Positions 9,678 to 19,415 of a stretch of DNA of 41,317 nucleotides are shown here, piece after piece. The position numbers were made by a program, and so were the translations under genes. Origin of the DNA: Patescibacteria group bacterium. GTDB lineage: Bacteria; Patescibacteriota; UBA1384; XYA2-FULL-43-10; 1-14-0-10-43-13. Each line of letters starts with the position of its first letter. The stretch's first letter is position 1. The notes beneath the pieces are model-generated. The model made no database searches. It was not told the origin of the DNA and saw nothing but the letters and a program-made list of their open reading frames with translations. The stretch lies in NCBI GenBank assembly GCA_041674765.1, contig JBAYVE010000011.1, forward strand, positions 1-41,317. The letters run 5' to 3'.

Positions 9678-10025
9678 ATGAGTTGGCTATTAGCAATAGT
9701 AGTAGGCGGCGTAGTTGGGTGGCTGTATAGCTATGCGGTTCGGCCTGAACGAAGAATTATTTGGGCCGACATTGTTGCAGGAGCTGTAGGCGGCTTGTTA
9801 GGAGTTTGGTTTTTCGCAAATCTCTTGGGAATTGGTTTCCCTCTGACAACGGCAGTTGGCACTTTTACTTTGCTCGGTATGATTTGGGCAATCGTTGGAA
9901 GTATTATTGTAGCTGCAATCGTGCAGGCTTTGATTCCTGAAAGAAGCGTACAGACGGGACGTGCTTATTACGAAGAAACTGAAAGAAGACGCAAAGACGA
10001 AGAAGATCGTCTTCACCGCCGATAA
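9678..10025 (+). CDS. GlsB/YeaQ/YmgE-family small stress membrane protein with charged C-tail
   Basis: 115 aa. Gly-rich TM helices (LLAIVVGGVVGWL..., IVAGAVGGLLGVWFF). RBS GGAAAGGAG upstream. Confidence 0.65.
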   Translation: MSWLLAIVVGGVVGWLYSYAVRPERRIIWADIVAGAVGGLLGVWFFANLLGIGFPLTTAVGTFTLLGMIWAIVGSIIVAAIVQALIPERSVQTGRAYYEETERRRKDEEDRLHRR

Positions 10026-10033
10026 CTAGAAAA

Positions 10034-10063
10034 TTAACGCCCCGCCAGGGGCGTTAATTTTCT
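10034..10063. terminator. bidirectional GC hairpin TTAACGCCCC-GCCA-GGGGCGTTAA + TTTT
   Basis: 10-bp perfect stem overlapping the stops of the convergent genes. The core AACGCCCC...GGGGCGTT recurs at 35992-36031. Confidence 0.7.
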
Positions 10064-11721
10064 ACCGGTAGAGAATTCACCGCAAAAAGAAGCATTTTTA
10101 ACTCTTTGACAGGTTCGCTTCTGTTACTTGAAACATTGCCATCAGGGGATAGCTCCCATTCATCATAAATAGGACTCTCGCCCTGAGCTCGAATTTTCAA
10201 AGTATTTTCCGGGCTCCAGAAGATCGAAATCTTAAATAACTGATCCTTGAATTCCATCTGTAATTTCATATCATGTTTGAATATTTTTAGATCCTCAAAA
10301 AGCCGGGCCAAAACCGTTCTATCTAATTCATTTGGAAGTGTATCTGCTTTGATCAATTTGATAAAGGGCCGGAGGATTTTAATAAATCTAATAGCAGCTG
10401 TGTTGGCCTTGAACTTTTCTGCCGAAGTTTGGCTTTTGTTGCTATCGTCTGTGCTGCTCTCTCCACTATCTGTTTCTTTTGTTGTTTTTTTCTCATGTTC
10501 GCCCTCGGACTCCAGATCTGGCCCCTCGTCTTCCTCCTCATCTTCTACAGATGTAACGATCTGATCGATATTTTGCAGTATCTCTCTACAGATTTCATCC
10601 CATAAAGGCTTAGAACCCGGAATCAAGGACACTTGATTTGCAAGATAGATAGTATTTAGGAAATCAACCAAACCCTCCCGATAATCAACTTCGCCATCTT
10701 CGTCAACCCGAAGTAACAGATCATTTGCACTTTCTATAAAAATTGAGAGAAAGCCTTCATAAACTTGACTCTTTTCTGGAAATCTTTGGTGAAAATCATT
10801 GAAAACAGTCTCCTCTATCCTTTCGGCTGCCAGTTCTGAATTTTCTGGATTTAATATCGCTGCTAATATATCTTGCATATACTGTTTGATAGCAGGATCA
10901 AAGATAACTTCCTGATAAATAGCCCTATCTTCGATCATTCCAATTCTCTCTTCCTCTTCTGGAAAATTTAAATAAAATAATTTCTCTGCCCTTTCATAGA
11001 GAGATTCCCTGCTTCCTTTTGGAGCGAGGGGATTTCCATTCAGGAAGAGCTCATACTCCTCAACAAGACCAGGATGCTCGGATTGATTCGATTCGCTATA
11101 AATATCGTCATCAGGCCCTAAGCCATGCTCTTCCCGCCAATCACCTACCAATTTCTCTACCAAAGCACGAAACCTAGGATTATTGATAATAGTCGGACAC
11201 TCCAAATCGTTCAGCAAAGACAGCGGAATGTCTCCGTCTTTTTTGAGGATAAATAGACTTGGCGGCTCGTTCACGATATATGGATTTTCTTCGGGATCTT
11301 TTATCTCTCTACGAGATCCCCTTTCTTCACGCTCCACAGCCGCGAAGGTTTTATCAACACGTCCTCCAAAAAGCCGCATTGTTTCTTCAAGGGACGGCAA
11401 TTCAAAATGTTCAGCTAAAAGGCGATCGGACGAAAGACCTTGCCGGCCCGAAACATCTCCTCTCGGCTTCGAATACGTCATCCGCAAATATTCTTCTGGC
11501 TGACATCCGTATTTTTCACGGATTTTCTCCCTGATTTTTTGATTTTCTTTGGCCGTCAATTGGCTGGCAAACCGTTCCCATGCCGCAGCAAAGTTGATTT
11601 GATCAGAAGGCAAATTGGGTAAATCGGTATATTGCGAGAGATCTGTCTCATCCTGACTTACAAATCCATCATCTTGGCCGGGCGGTCCCTGCAATGAGCC
11701 ACTCTCCCTAAATGCTGACAT
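10054..11721 (-). CDS. hypothetical acidic protein (555 aa), compositionally GC-richer than its neighbours
   Basis: Long ORF with an E/D-rich stretch (EDEEEDEGPDLESEGEHEKK). No recognisable motif. Confidence 0.55.
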   Translation of the reverse strand: MSAFRESGSLQGPPGQDDGFVSQDETDLSQYTDLPNLPSDQINFAAAWERFASQLTAKENQKIREKIREKYGCQPEEYLRMTYSKPRGDVSGRQGLSSDRLLAEHFELPSLEETMRLFGGRVDKTFAAVEREERGSRREIKDPEENPYIVNEPPSLFILKKDGDIPLSLLNDLECPTIINNPRFRALVEKLVGDWREEHGLGPDDDIYSESNQSEHPGLVEEYELFLNGNPLAPKGSRESLYERAEKLFYLNFPEEEERIGMIEDRAIYQEVIFDPAIKQYMQDILAAILNPENSELAAERIEETVFNDFHQRFPEKSQVYEGFLSIFIESANDLLLRVDEDGEVDYREGLVDFLNTIYLANQVSLIPGSKPLWDEICREILQNIDQIVTSVEDEEEDEGPDLESEGEHEKKTTKETDSGESSTDDSNKSQTSAEKFKANTAAIRFIKILRPFIKLIKADTLPNELDRTVLARLFEDLKIFKHDMKLQMEFKDQLFKISIFWSPENTLKIRAQGESPIYDEWELSPDGNVSSNRSEPVKELKMLLFAVNSLPVEN

Positions 11722-11860
11722 ATCCCTCCTACTAACTTATTGAGTTTCAAGTTCATTGTACTCTTCCTGGGAGAGCTTATCAAAGTTAGATCCTTGCTAT
11801 GTGCCGTTGAAAAAATCAAAAAAGTAGACAAAAAATATTCTCACAAGAGCCTCCTTACCG

Positions 11861-11889
11861 TTTACTAATGAACAGGTTTATGCTAAAAT
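11861..11889 (+). promoter_or_regulatory. candidate promoter TTTACT-N17-(TGc)TAAAAT upstream of the tRNA-Gly complex
   Basis: -35 at 11861-11866. Extended -10 TGCTAAAAT at 11881-11889. Confidence 0.4.
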
Positions 11890-11920
11890 ATCTTTTGTTG
11901 AGAGGATATTGTCCTGACGT

Positions 11921-11948
11921 TCGTATAGCGGCTATTATGCGACCCTTC
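11921..11948 (+). pseudogene. 5' fragment of tRNA-Gly (equivalent to nt 8-35), lacking the acceptor 5' strand
   Basis: 28/28 identity to 11985-12012 of the intact tRNA. The match ends exactly between anticodon nt 35 and 36. Confidence 0.7.
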
Positions 11949-11971
11949 TCCATCCTCCGTAGCAGTAGTAG
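11949..11971 (+). repeat. left arm of the inverted repeat flanking the intact tRNA-Gly
   Basis: TCCATCCTCCGTAGCAGTAGTAG. Reverse complement of 12053-12074 with a 3-nt insertion. Confidence 0.7.
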
Positions 11972-11977
11972 AAATTG

Positions 11978-12052
11978 GCGGGTATCGTATAGCGGCTATT
12001 ATGCGACCCTTCCAAGGTTGAGATGCGGGTTCGACTCCCGCTACCCGCTCCA
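11978..12052 (+). tRNA. tRNA-Gly (anticodon UCC), CCA encoded
   Basis: Acceptor GCGGGTA/TACCCGC. Anticodon stem CGACC/GGTTG with loop CTTCCAA. T-arm GCGGG-TTCGACT-CCCGC. Near-identical in layout to the E. coli glyT-type tRNA. Confidence 0.9.
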
Positions 12053-12074
12053 TACTACTACTGCGGAGGACGGG
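12053..12074 (+). repeat. right arm of the inverted repeat flanking the intact tRNA-Gly
   Basis: TACTACTACTGCGGAGGACGGG pairs with 11949-11971. Confidence 0.7.
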
Positions 12075-12115
12075 CAAGGTTCTAGATGCGGGTTCGACTC
12101 CCGCTACCCGCTCCA
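12075..12115 (+). pseudogene. 3' fragment of tRNA-Gly (equivalent to nt 36-76 incl. CCA), with a 1-nt indel in the anticodon stem
   Basis: CAAGGTT(CT)AGATGCGGGTTCGACTCCCGCTACCCGCTCCA is a direct copy of 12013-12052. It starts exactly where the 5' fragment ends. Confidence 0.7.
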
Positions 12116-12314
12116 AAGAAAAAAAGTTGTCATCCGACCCGTTAGGGTTATGACAATAAACGAGTGCTACAAAGGAAAAACTGGCTTAAGTTCCAAGAAA
12201 CATAATTGGACTTTAGGCCAGTTTTTTTGTTGTCTTAGCCTTTCACCCTTAGAAAAATTGGGAACCTTTTACGCTCGTCAAACACAAAATACCTTATATT
12301 ATCGGTTTAATTCC

Positions 12315-13673
12315 TTACCTCAAGCTGATTTTTCTGTCATTCAGGATGATCTTAGCGTTCAGGCAGGATAATAGCTCTCGTTTTTCTTCTTTTGTTCCAT
12401 TTTTGAGCAGATATTTGGCGAACTCTCGGGGATTGATCTGAGGTAGCATCATGTCTTTGCTGATCGCCGAATTCAGCACTCCTTGGGTAAAGTTCTGATA
12501 TCTATAGACCTCCTGCCTAATTCTCTCATGGGCTTCGATCCTCTCAATCGGTATATGGTCAATAATTTCGAGCAATTGTCCGAGGAGTTCGTCTTCTCTT
12601 ATGTATGGGTTCTTGCAAACCAGGTTCCTCGCTTGGGTGCAGTGATAGTAGATATATACCCTCGAAGTTCCATTCTTGAACTTTTTGATCTTTCTCTCTG
12701 CTGTCACCCCAGAGCCGCAATAGCCGCAAGTTAGTAGTCGATTAAAGTTGAATTCGATCGTTCCTGGCTGTGATTTCGGAACAACCGCCAATCTTTCCTG
12801 AACATCCTCGAAGAGTTGCCTTGAAATGATCGGCTCGTGATGGGCGGTATACCAGACACCGCTATTCTTGGGATATTCATATATTCCGCAATAATAAGGA
12901 TTGTTTAATGTCCGATAAATCGAGCTTAAGGTCATAATTTTGCCCGATCTTGTCTGAAAACCCTTGTCTATAAGCCAGTGATAGATATCTCTTCCGCTCC
13001 AGCCGTTAAAATATACCTTTTCAAACACCTCTTTGATTACAGGGGCTCGTACGGGGTCGAGAACTATCGTTCTCATGCCCCTTGGGGAAGTTAAATCCGG
13101 TTCATAGCCAAGAGGTGCTTTTGTTGGTCGATAACCCATCTCGCATTTGGCTTTCATGCCCCTTTTTACATTTTCCCCTCGGTGGTCGTTTTCCAGCTTG
13201 GCTTGCGAGCAAAGAATCATCAGAAGGAACTTTTCGTTCGGTGAATTTGAGAATCTTTGTCCGTGAGTCCGTATCTCTCTTAGGCACCCATTGTCCATTA
13301 GATCTACGACCGACCCAAGGTCGCCGGCATTTCTGCTCAACCTGTCGGGAGCCCAAGACAAGATACCATCAAACTTTTTGGCAGCAAGATCCTTGATGAG
13401 CTGGTTAAAAACTGGCCTCTGGCTCGACTGCTTGGCCGAGTGGCTCTCTTTTCGAATGTCGGCGATCAGCAGGTTCTCTTTCTGTGCCTGTTCGAGCATC
13501 TCCTTTATCTGGGAATCAATCGAAAGTGCCTGCCTTTCGTCATCCTCGCTCGATTTTCTAGCGTAAAGGCAATACCGGACCGGAAGCTCCTTGGCCTCAG
13601 CTTTGTTCACTGGTTTACCACCAATCACCTGTGGTAATACGATCGGTGTTGTATTAGTGTAGCTTACATCCAT
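12315..13673 (-). CDS. large serine recombinase (resolvase-type catalytic domain + recombinase domain + zinc ribbon)
   Basis: N-terminal RYCLYARKSSEDDERQALSIDSQ is a serine-recombinase catalytic motif. C-terminal CGYCGS...CTQARNLVCKNPY is a Cys-rich Zn ribbon. 452 aa. Confidence 0.85.
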   Translation of the reverse strand: MDVSYTNTTPIVLPQVIGGKPVNKAEAKELPVRYCLYARKSSEDDERQALSIDSQIKEMLEQAQKENLLIADIRKESHSAKQSSQRPVFNQLIKDLAAKKFDGILSWAPDRLSRNAGDLGSVVDLMDNGCLREIRTHGQRFSNSPNEKFLLMILCSQAKLENDHRGENVKRGMKAKCEMGYRPTKAPLGYEPDLTSPRGMRTIVLDPVRAPVIKEVFEKVYFNGWSGRDIYHWLIDKGFQTRSGKIMTLSSIYRTLNNPYYCGIYEYPKNSGVWYTAHHEPIISRQLFEDVQERLAVVPKSQPGTIEFNFNRLLTCGYCGSGVTAERKIKKFKNGTSRVYIYYHCTQARNLVCKNPYIREDELLGQLLEIIDHIPIERIEAHERIRQEVYRYQNFTQGVLNSAISKDMMLPQINPREFAKYLLKNGTKEEKRELLSCLNAKIILNDRKISLR

Positions 13674-13760
13674 TTGTCCCTCCTCCCTCGGTTAGCTAGT
13701 TAAGCAAGAGGGACAATACCGCCAAACCCATCTAAAGTCCAGCGATTTTTCGACGTAAAT

Positions 13761-14901
<1,141 letters not shown>

Positions 14902-15225
14902 AAAACATATGATTTATATAAGGGTTTTTACGAGCTGATTGATCACTTTCCCAAAAAGTCTCGGGAAGTACTTATAAATAAAATAGAGGTGCTAATTCTT
15001 GAGCTTCTGGAATTACTTTCATCAGCCGAATTTTCTCCTGCAAGCACTAAAATCCAGTCGCTGAGTCAGGCTAGTATCAAGCTTGATTTCTTAAAGCTGC
15101 TCTTCCGGATGACGTATGAATTCAAAATTATTAACCAGCCAAAATATTTGGAACTAGAAAAGCATCTCCAAGAAATTGGAAAGATGCTTGGTGGCTGGAT
15201 CAAGTCCCTTAGAGGATAAAGCGAT

Positions 15226-15350
15226 ACTACCACGGGACACCGAGACGGAGCCGAAGTTCGGATTGGCATTGTCGGGATTGTTGTTGTCGAGCTTCGGATC
15301 GTCGTCGTTGAGGTTCAGGTACGGAACGTTGCCGTTCTCGGTGACCGCAC
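15226..15350 (-). repeat. DGR template repeat (TR), sense on the minus strand
   Basis: 125 bp matching 15707-15831. At the mismatches this copy carries A on the minus strand, mostly in AAC codons. The 3' segment CGGCTCCGTCTCGGTGTCCCGTGG is adenine-free and identical in both copies. Confidence 0.85.
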
Positions 15351-15685
15351 AATTTTTGCTGATCTTCTTCTGTTTCTTCGGATGGTTTTAAATCAAAACA
15401 TCCTGTAGCCCGACTTCGGGCAATTTTTTAAGCGAGCGATATTATTCTCGACATAAAAATCAGCAAGGAGTATCTGCTTTATCCTTTTTCTTGACAAGCC
15501 ATAGCCGGTCAAGGAAATGCAGGGAAACAGAGATTTCTCTCGCTTAAGCCGTAGCCGAAGGCAAGGTACTCTCATATTCTAAAGAACATATTATTGGTAA
15601 AAAGAAAAGCGGCCGCTGCGAGAATTCGCAACGACCGCCTGACGGCGGGTAACCAAGGGGACAATGATCCGATAGGACCAAAGCC

Positions 15686-16330
15686 TCAAGAACCCCAGGG
15701 TAATTGACTCCCACGGGACACCGAGACGGAGCCGTAGCCCGGATTGGCATAGACGGGATTGTCGTCGTCGAGCTCCGGATCGCCGTCGCCGAGGCGCAGG
15801 TACGGAACGTTGCCGTACTCGGTGACCGCACCGGGGAAGTCCATGTAGGATTTCTGCAACTGCGGTTTGCCCCAGTAGAGGAAGGCAGTGAGGCCATCCT
15901 TGGGGATCCCGAGCTGCTCGAGCGGGTCGTGGCTGGCACGGATATCCTTGGGAGCACGGCCTTTGTATTTCTGACCGAGCTGGCCCTGCACGATGCAGAG
16001 CCCTTCCGGAGTCGTCACGCCCTCGAAGAGAGTGAAAGTATCCGGATCGGCCCAGATGTTGACGCCACCGGCCTCGCAGAGGAAGCGATCTCGTACGCCG
16101 TAGTGTACGAGCCAGACTTCATTGAGACCGATGCCGGCCAGTTCGACCGAATAGCCGAACTGCTGTACCAGGTTCATGGCGTCATCGAGGAACTTGGCCT
16201 CTTCGACGCCGACCTCTCCGTGGATGCCGTAGGCGATCAGGCAACGCGCCTGCGCTTCGAGCACTTCGGACAGGTTCACCGGCAGAGCCGGCGGAAACTG
16301 CAGAGCAGGGATCACAACCTGTGTACCCAT
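15686..16330 (-). CDS. DGR target protein with C-terminal variable region (C-type-lectin/FGE-like fold suspected)
   Basis: GC-rich ORF. Start taken at MGTQVV (AAGGAG 6 nt upstream) rather than the ORF-track 16375. The VR encodes ...EYGNVPYLRLGDGDPELDDDNPVYANPGYGSVSVSRGS at the extreme C-terminus. Confidence 0.75.
   Translation of the reverse strand: MGTQVVIPALQFPPALPVNLSEVLEAQARCLIAYGIHGEVGVEEAKFLDDAMNLVQQFGYSVELAGIGLNEVWLVHYGVRDRFLCEAGGVNIWADPDTFTLFEGVTTPEGLCIVQGQLGQKYKGRAPKDIRASHDPLEQLGIPKDGLTAFLYWGKPQLQKSYMDFPGAVTEYGNVPYLRLGDGDPELDDDNPVYANPGYGSVSVSRGSQLPWGS
15707..15831 (-). repeat. DGR variable repeat (VR) at the 3' end of the target gene
   Basis: Differs from the TR at 13 TR-adenine positions (to C/G/T), plus one non-A difference (15254/15735) and one at the repeat edge (15229/15710). 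Confidence 0.85.
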
Positions 16331-16543
16331 GGTGACTCCTTTTGGTGCCCACCGGCTCAATGTCCTTTTGGGCATAGCTGGTTACCTTATTGAAAGATAA
16401 ACAAGTATGCCCAAAGCAAACTACAGTTCCATAATTATGAAACGCTAATTATTATACCATAATGATAAAAATAAATCAATAGTTTGAGCGTATTTATGAT
16501 CAGTAATCTTTTAATAGTACACCTATTATGCTAAAGTATAAGT

Positions 16544-16681
16544 GTCTGGATCTACAACAAGTTAATGGACACTTCTGTGCATTGCAGAGTGATTATGCCC
16601 GAAAATAAGGGCAATCACTCGAAAGACAACGGGCATAACCTGTTGTAGGTCCAGACAACCTAGAGTGGTTGTCCTTTTTGT
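16544..16681 (+). ncRNA. structured RNA-like element (three nested stems) ending in an intrinsic terminator
   Basis: 16-bp outer stem 16544-16559/16641-16656. Inner stems CACTTCTG/CAGAGTG and TTATGCCCG/CGGGCATAA. Then GACAACC-TAGAGT-GGTTGTC + CTTTTT. Identity unknown. Confidence 0.3.
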
Positions 16682-16787
16682 TACTGCAGGATTGACTAAT
16701 TCTAGGCCAAGAAAGCTTTACTTAATTCCGAATGTAAGCTAAAACACCAAGGATCCATAGAAATAATAGTAATTAAAAGGAGACATC

Positions 16788-17402
16788 ATGAAAAAATGTC
16801 CTAAGTGCAAAGAGGAGATTGCAGACGGAGCAATCAAGTGCAAGCATTGCGGTGCAGATCTTAGAAACTGGTTTGCGAGACACAAATTCCTGACGGGATT
16901 TATGGTCTTGATCGTCCTTATTATCATTATCTCAGTTGCTTCAAGCGGAGGAAAGGGAAAGGATAACACAAACACTTCCGGATCGTCCTCCACTGCGACA
17001 GCTGATACAAACAAAGAGTATAAAGTTGGTGATACTATCCAGCTCAATAACCATTCGCTTAAAGTGAATAGCGCAAATAAAAACTACAAGAGTGGTAATC
17101 AGTTCGAGAAGCCACAAGATTCCAATAATTCTTTCGTCGTTGTAAATATTACTCTCGCTAACACGGGAAACGACGACCTATCTGCTAATCAATTTGGCTT
17201 CAAACTGGAAGATGAAACTGGAACTCAACGAAATACTACATTTCTGAGTACTGTCGATAACGAACTACAATCAGTGACATTATCGAAGGGCGGTACAACG
17301 TCAGGGAACTTGGTATTTGAGGCGAAATCTGGTAGTTCGACACTTAAGCTACACTATCAGGGAGGAATCTTCGGGGGACAGGAGATAATTATTGCTCTCT
17401 AG
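16788..17402 (+). CDS. zinc-ribbon / TM / DUF4352-like surface protein
   Basis: N-terminal CPKCKEEIADGAIKCKHCG is a zinc ribbon, followed by one TM helix, an S/T-rich linker and a beta-rich C-terminal domain. RBS AAAAGGAG upstream. Confidence 0.65.
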   Translation: MKKCPKCKEEIADGAIKCKHCGADLRNWFARHKFLTGFMVLIVLIIIISVASSGGKGKDNTNTSGSSSTATADTNKEYKVGDTIQLNNHSLKVNSANKNYKSGNQFEKPQDSNNSFVVVNITLANTGNDDLSANQFGFKLEDETGTQRNTTFLSTVDNELQSVTLSKGGTTSGNLVFEAKSGSSTLKLHYQGGIFGGQEIIIAL

Positions 17403-17411
17403 ATAACCAAA

Positions 17412-17439
17412 AGGCAGGCGAGATTTTTATTGCCTGCCT
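17412..17439. terminator. hairpin AGGCAGGC...GCCTGCCT between convergent genes
   Basis: 8-bp perfect stem with a 12-nt loop. A T-run follows on the minus strand. Confidence 0.5.
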
Positions 17440-17446
17440 ATGGTTG

Positions 17447-19006
17447 TTAAGAGAACTCACTTTTCGTTTCCTCATCAATAAACTTTGCCCAGTCTCTGCG
17501 AGATCGGCACTCGCTTGGAGATTGCGGAGTCCTGTTTCCGGTATTCATAGCAAAAGCACTTTCTGCTTTGATGATCATACAGCCATAATTATTATCCCTT
17601 TTGTCGATTAACATCATTATCAAGGTGGTAAAAGCGTCAACAAGGTCGTCATGGGTTGTTGTACCAAATTCGGTGATCTGCTCTATTAGCTCTTTGCAGC
17701 CGTTGACGGGGAATAAAACCTCACCAGAATGAATTAAACTTGAGCAGATATTTAATCGTGACCGTTTATCCATACTTCCGACCTTCATACCTTCGGCTCG
17801 GTAGTGGTCATTGTGAAGTAATTGTGTCAGCCATCCCTGCAACATAACATCCTCAACAAATATTCTGGTTGAATATCGGCCCCCATAACTGCCAATTAAT
17901 CCCTTGATAACATCCTGTGTCTCGTTAATTTTCATTCGTTCATTGACCGTATTAGGAAGAATATATATTCGGCGTTTCTCTCCATACCCATAGATTTTGG
18001 CACTGACAAGTGCCGTATAGTCGGCCGCATCTTTCTGAGAGATTGCCAAATCCACGCCAATTGCATACTCGATTGGTTCATTACGGAGAGATGTCGGCAA
18101 CGGATCGTAATATTTTATTGCATCCTTACTGACGACTGGCTCTGAATCGTCGATTATTCTGAGCAAATATTCCCGATACCAAGCAAACTTGTCGCCAACG
18201 CTCATCCTCTCCTGCTCGATTGCTTTCATATCTGGGTATTTTCCTGGCCAGGCAATCTCATTATTCTCGCTAAGAAGAGGAAACATTTTGATTACTCCTG
18301 ATCTTTTGCCGTTTTCGATATCATGCTTCATCGACATGATAAGCGAGTCCTGATGAAGAAGATTCCCGACAATTACGAATTTGGTATCTCGATCACCCAG
18401 GGGTAGGACTTCGCTAGTAAACCATTCTCTCGTATTTTTTCTCGATTCAGCAGTTTTGACCGAAGCCATATTTTCGATATCATCAGCGATAATCAAGTCG
18501 GGGCGATATCTGCCAAACCGTATACCACGAATAGCTTGTTCTCGGGAAACCGCAATAATTTTGGCGTTGTATTTGGGAAGAATCAAACTACAAGAATTCC
18601 ACTCATCCTGTTCTTTGAACGGGCCTAGATCCCTTTTTAACAATTCATTTGTTTCAAGCTCAGTCTTCAGATTTTTAAAATGAACGCCAGCTTGTTCCTG
18701 GGTTTGACTAATAATAACGACAAACTTCTTCTGCAATCTGCCTAGTATTGCCCAGATCGGATAACTTAGAGTCATCAAAGTACTTTTGCCTGACCCTCGA
18801 AAACTGCAAATAACAGCTAATTTGATCCTTTGATCTTCGGTAATTCCAAACATTTCTCGCTGGAAATTTGCCATCGCATACTGAACAAAACTATGAAAGT
18901 AAGTATGGAAAAACCAGATATGGCTGGTTCTTGTCGTTTCAATTCTGGTTGATTGCTTCTTAATTATTTTGTCGACCAAATCCTTATTTCCCATCTTGGC
19001 CTCCAT
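17447..19006 (-). CDS. phage terminase large subunit (TerL)
   Basis: 519 aa. Walker A SFRGSGKSTLMT in the N-terminal ATPase domain and a C-terminal nuclease-like region with conserved acidic residues. Typical length and layout. Confidence 0.85.
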   Translation of the reverse strand: MEAKMGNKDLVDKIIKKQSTRIETTRTSHIWFFHTYFHSFVQYAMANFQREMFGITEDQRIKLAVICSFRGSGKSTLMTLSYPIWAILGRLQKKFVVIISQTQEQAGVHFKNLKTELETNELLKRDLGPFKEQDEWNSCSLILPKYNAKIIAVSREQAIRGIRFGRYRPDLIIADDIENMASVKTAESRKNTREWFTSEVLPLGDRDTKFVIVGNLLHQDSLIMSMKHDIENGKRSGVIKMFPLLSENNEIAWPGKYPDMKAIEQERMSVGDKFAWYREYLLRIIDDSEPVVSKDAIKYYDPLPTSLRNEPIEYAIGVDLAISQKDAADYTALVSAKIYGYGEKRRIYILPNTVNERMKINETQDVIKGLIGSYGGRYSTRIFVEDVMLQGWLTQLLHNDHYRAEGMKVGSMDKRSRLNICSSLIHSGEVLFPVNGCKELIEQITEFGTTTHDDLVDAFTTLIMMLIDKRDNNYGCMIIKAESAFAMNTGNRTPQSPSECRSRRDWAKFIDEETKSEFS

Positions 19007-19415
19007 CCCTAGTGATTAAGGAGGCCAGTTCCAGTGCTTTTCTGATATTTTTCTCCTCTTCTTTACTCAGTTTGTCCTGTTTGATCTCCAGATTTCCACT
19101 GACCTCAAGCTTGTTTTTATAGCTATCGTGTCTGTGATTGAGCCAATACATGCAGGCAGTCAAATTTTGTTCCTTCATGGCTGTAATTAAGGTGCTTTCG
19201 GCTAGATCGTTAATAAGCAAGCATCCTTCCTGGATTGCCCGATCACATTTCTCGGTGAATTTTTTACTCTCTCGCCGCCAACGATAATAGCTGTTTCTCC
19301 CAACCCCAACTCTATTGCAGGTAACCTCAATAATCGGTGTCCGTTTCAGTTGTTCAATTATTTGTTCCTGAGTTTTCGCTTTTCTGAGCTTGATTGCATC
19401 ATCTTTATTCGCCAT
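18984..19415 (-). CDS. putative terminase small subunit / HTH DNA-binding protein
   Basis: 143 aa, immediately upstream of and overlapping TerL. Basic N-terminus with an HTH-like segment (RVGVGRNSYYRWRRE). Confidence 0.5.
   Translation of the reverse strand: MANKDDAIKLRKAKTQEQIIEQLKRTPIIEVTCNRVGVGRNSYYRWRRESKKFTEKCDRAIQEGCLLINDLAESTLITAMKEQNLTACMYWLNHRHDSYKNKLEVSGNLEIKQDKLSKEEEKNIRKALELASLITRDGGQDGK

Noticed and set aside
11868-12371. 167-aa + ORF and 77-aa - ORF (11883..12116) spanning the tRNA-Gly region
   Set aside because: They overlap an intact tRNA and its fragments. The repeated VAGVEPAS peptide is the usual translation artefact of tRNA T-arms.
15611-15632. NotI (GCGGCCGC) and EcoRI (GAATTC) sites within 12 bp: possible vector polylinker contamination
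   Set aside because: The flanking sequence does not resemble a cloning-vector polylinker and sits inside the GC-rich DGR spacer. Chance co-occurrence is more likely.
16331-16375. N-terminal extension MPKRTLSRWAPKGVT of the target ORF
   Set aside because: The internal Met at 16330 has a canonical AAGGAG RBS. The extension has none.
15704-16393. 229-aa + ORF antisense to the DGR target gene, plus 15544..15957 (-) and 15393..15575 (-)
   Set aside because: These are typical long spurious ORFs in GC-rich DNA. The minus-strand target ORF has the RBS and the VR-at-C-terminus logic.
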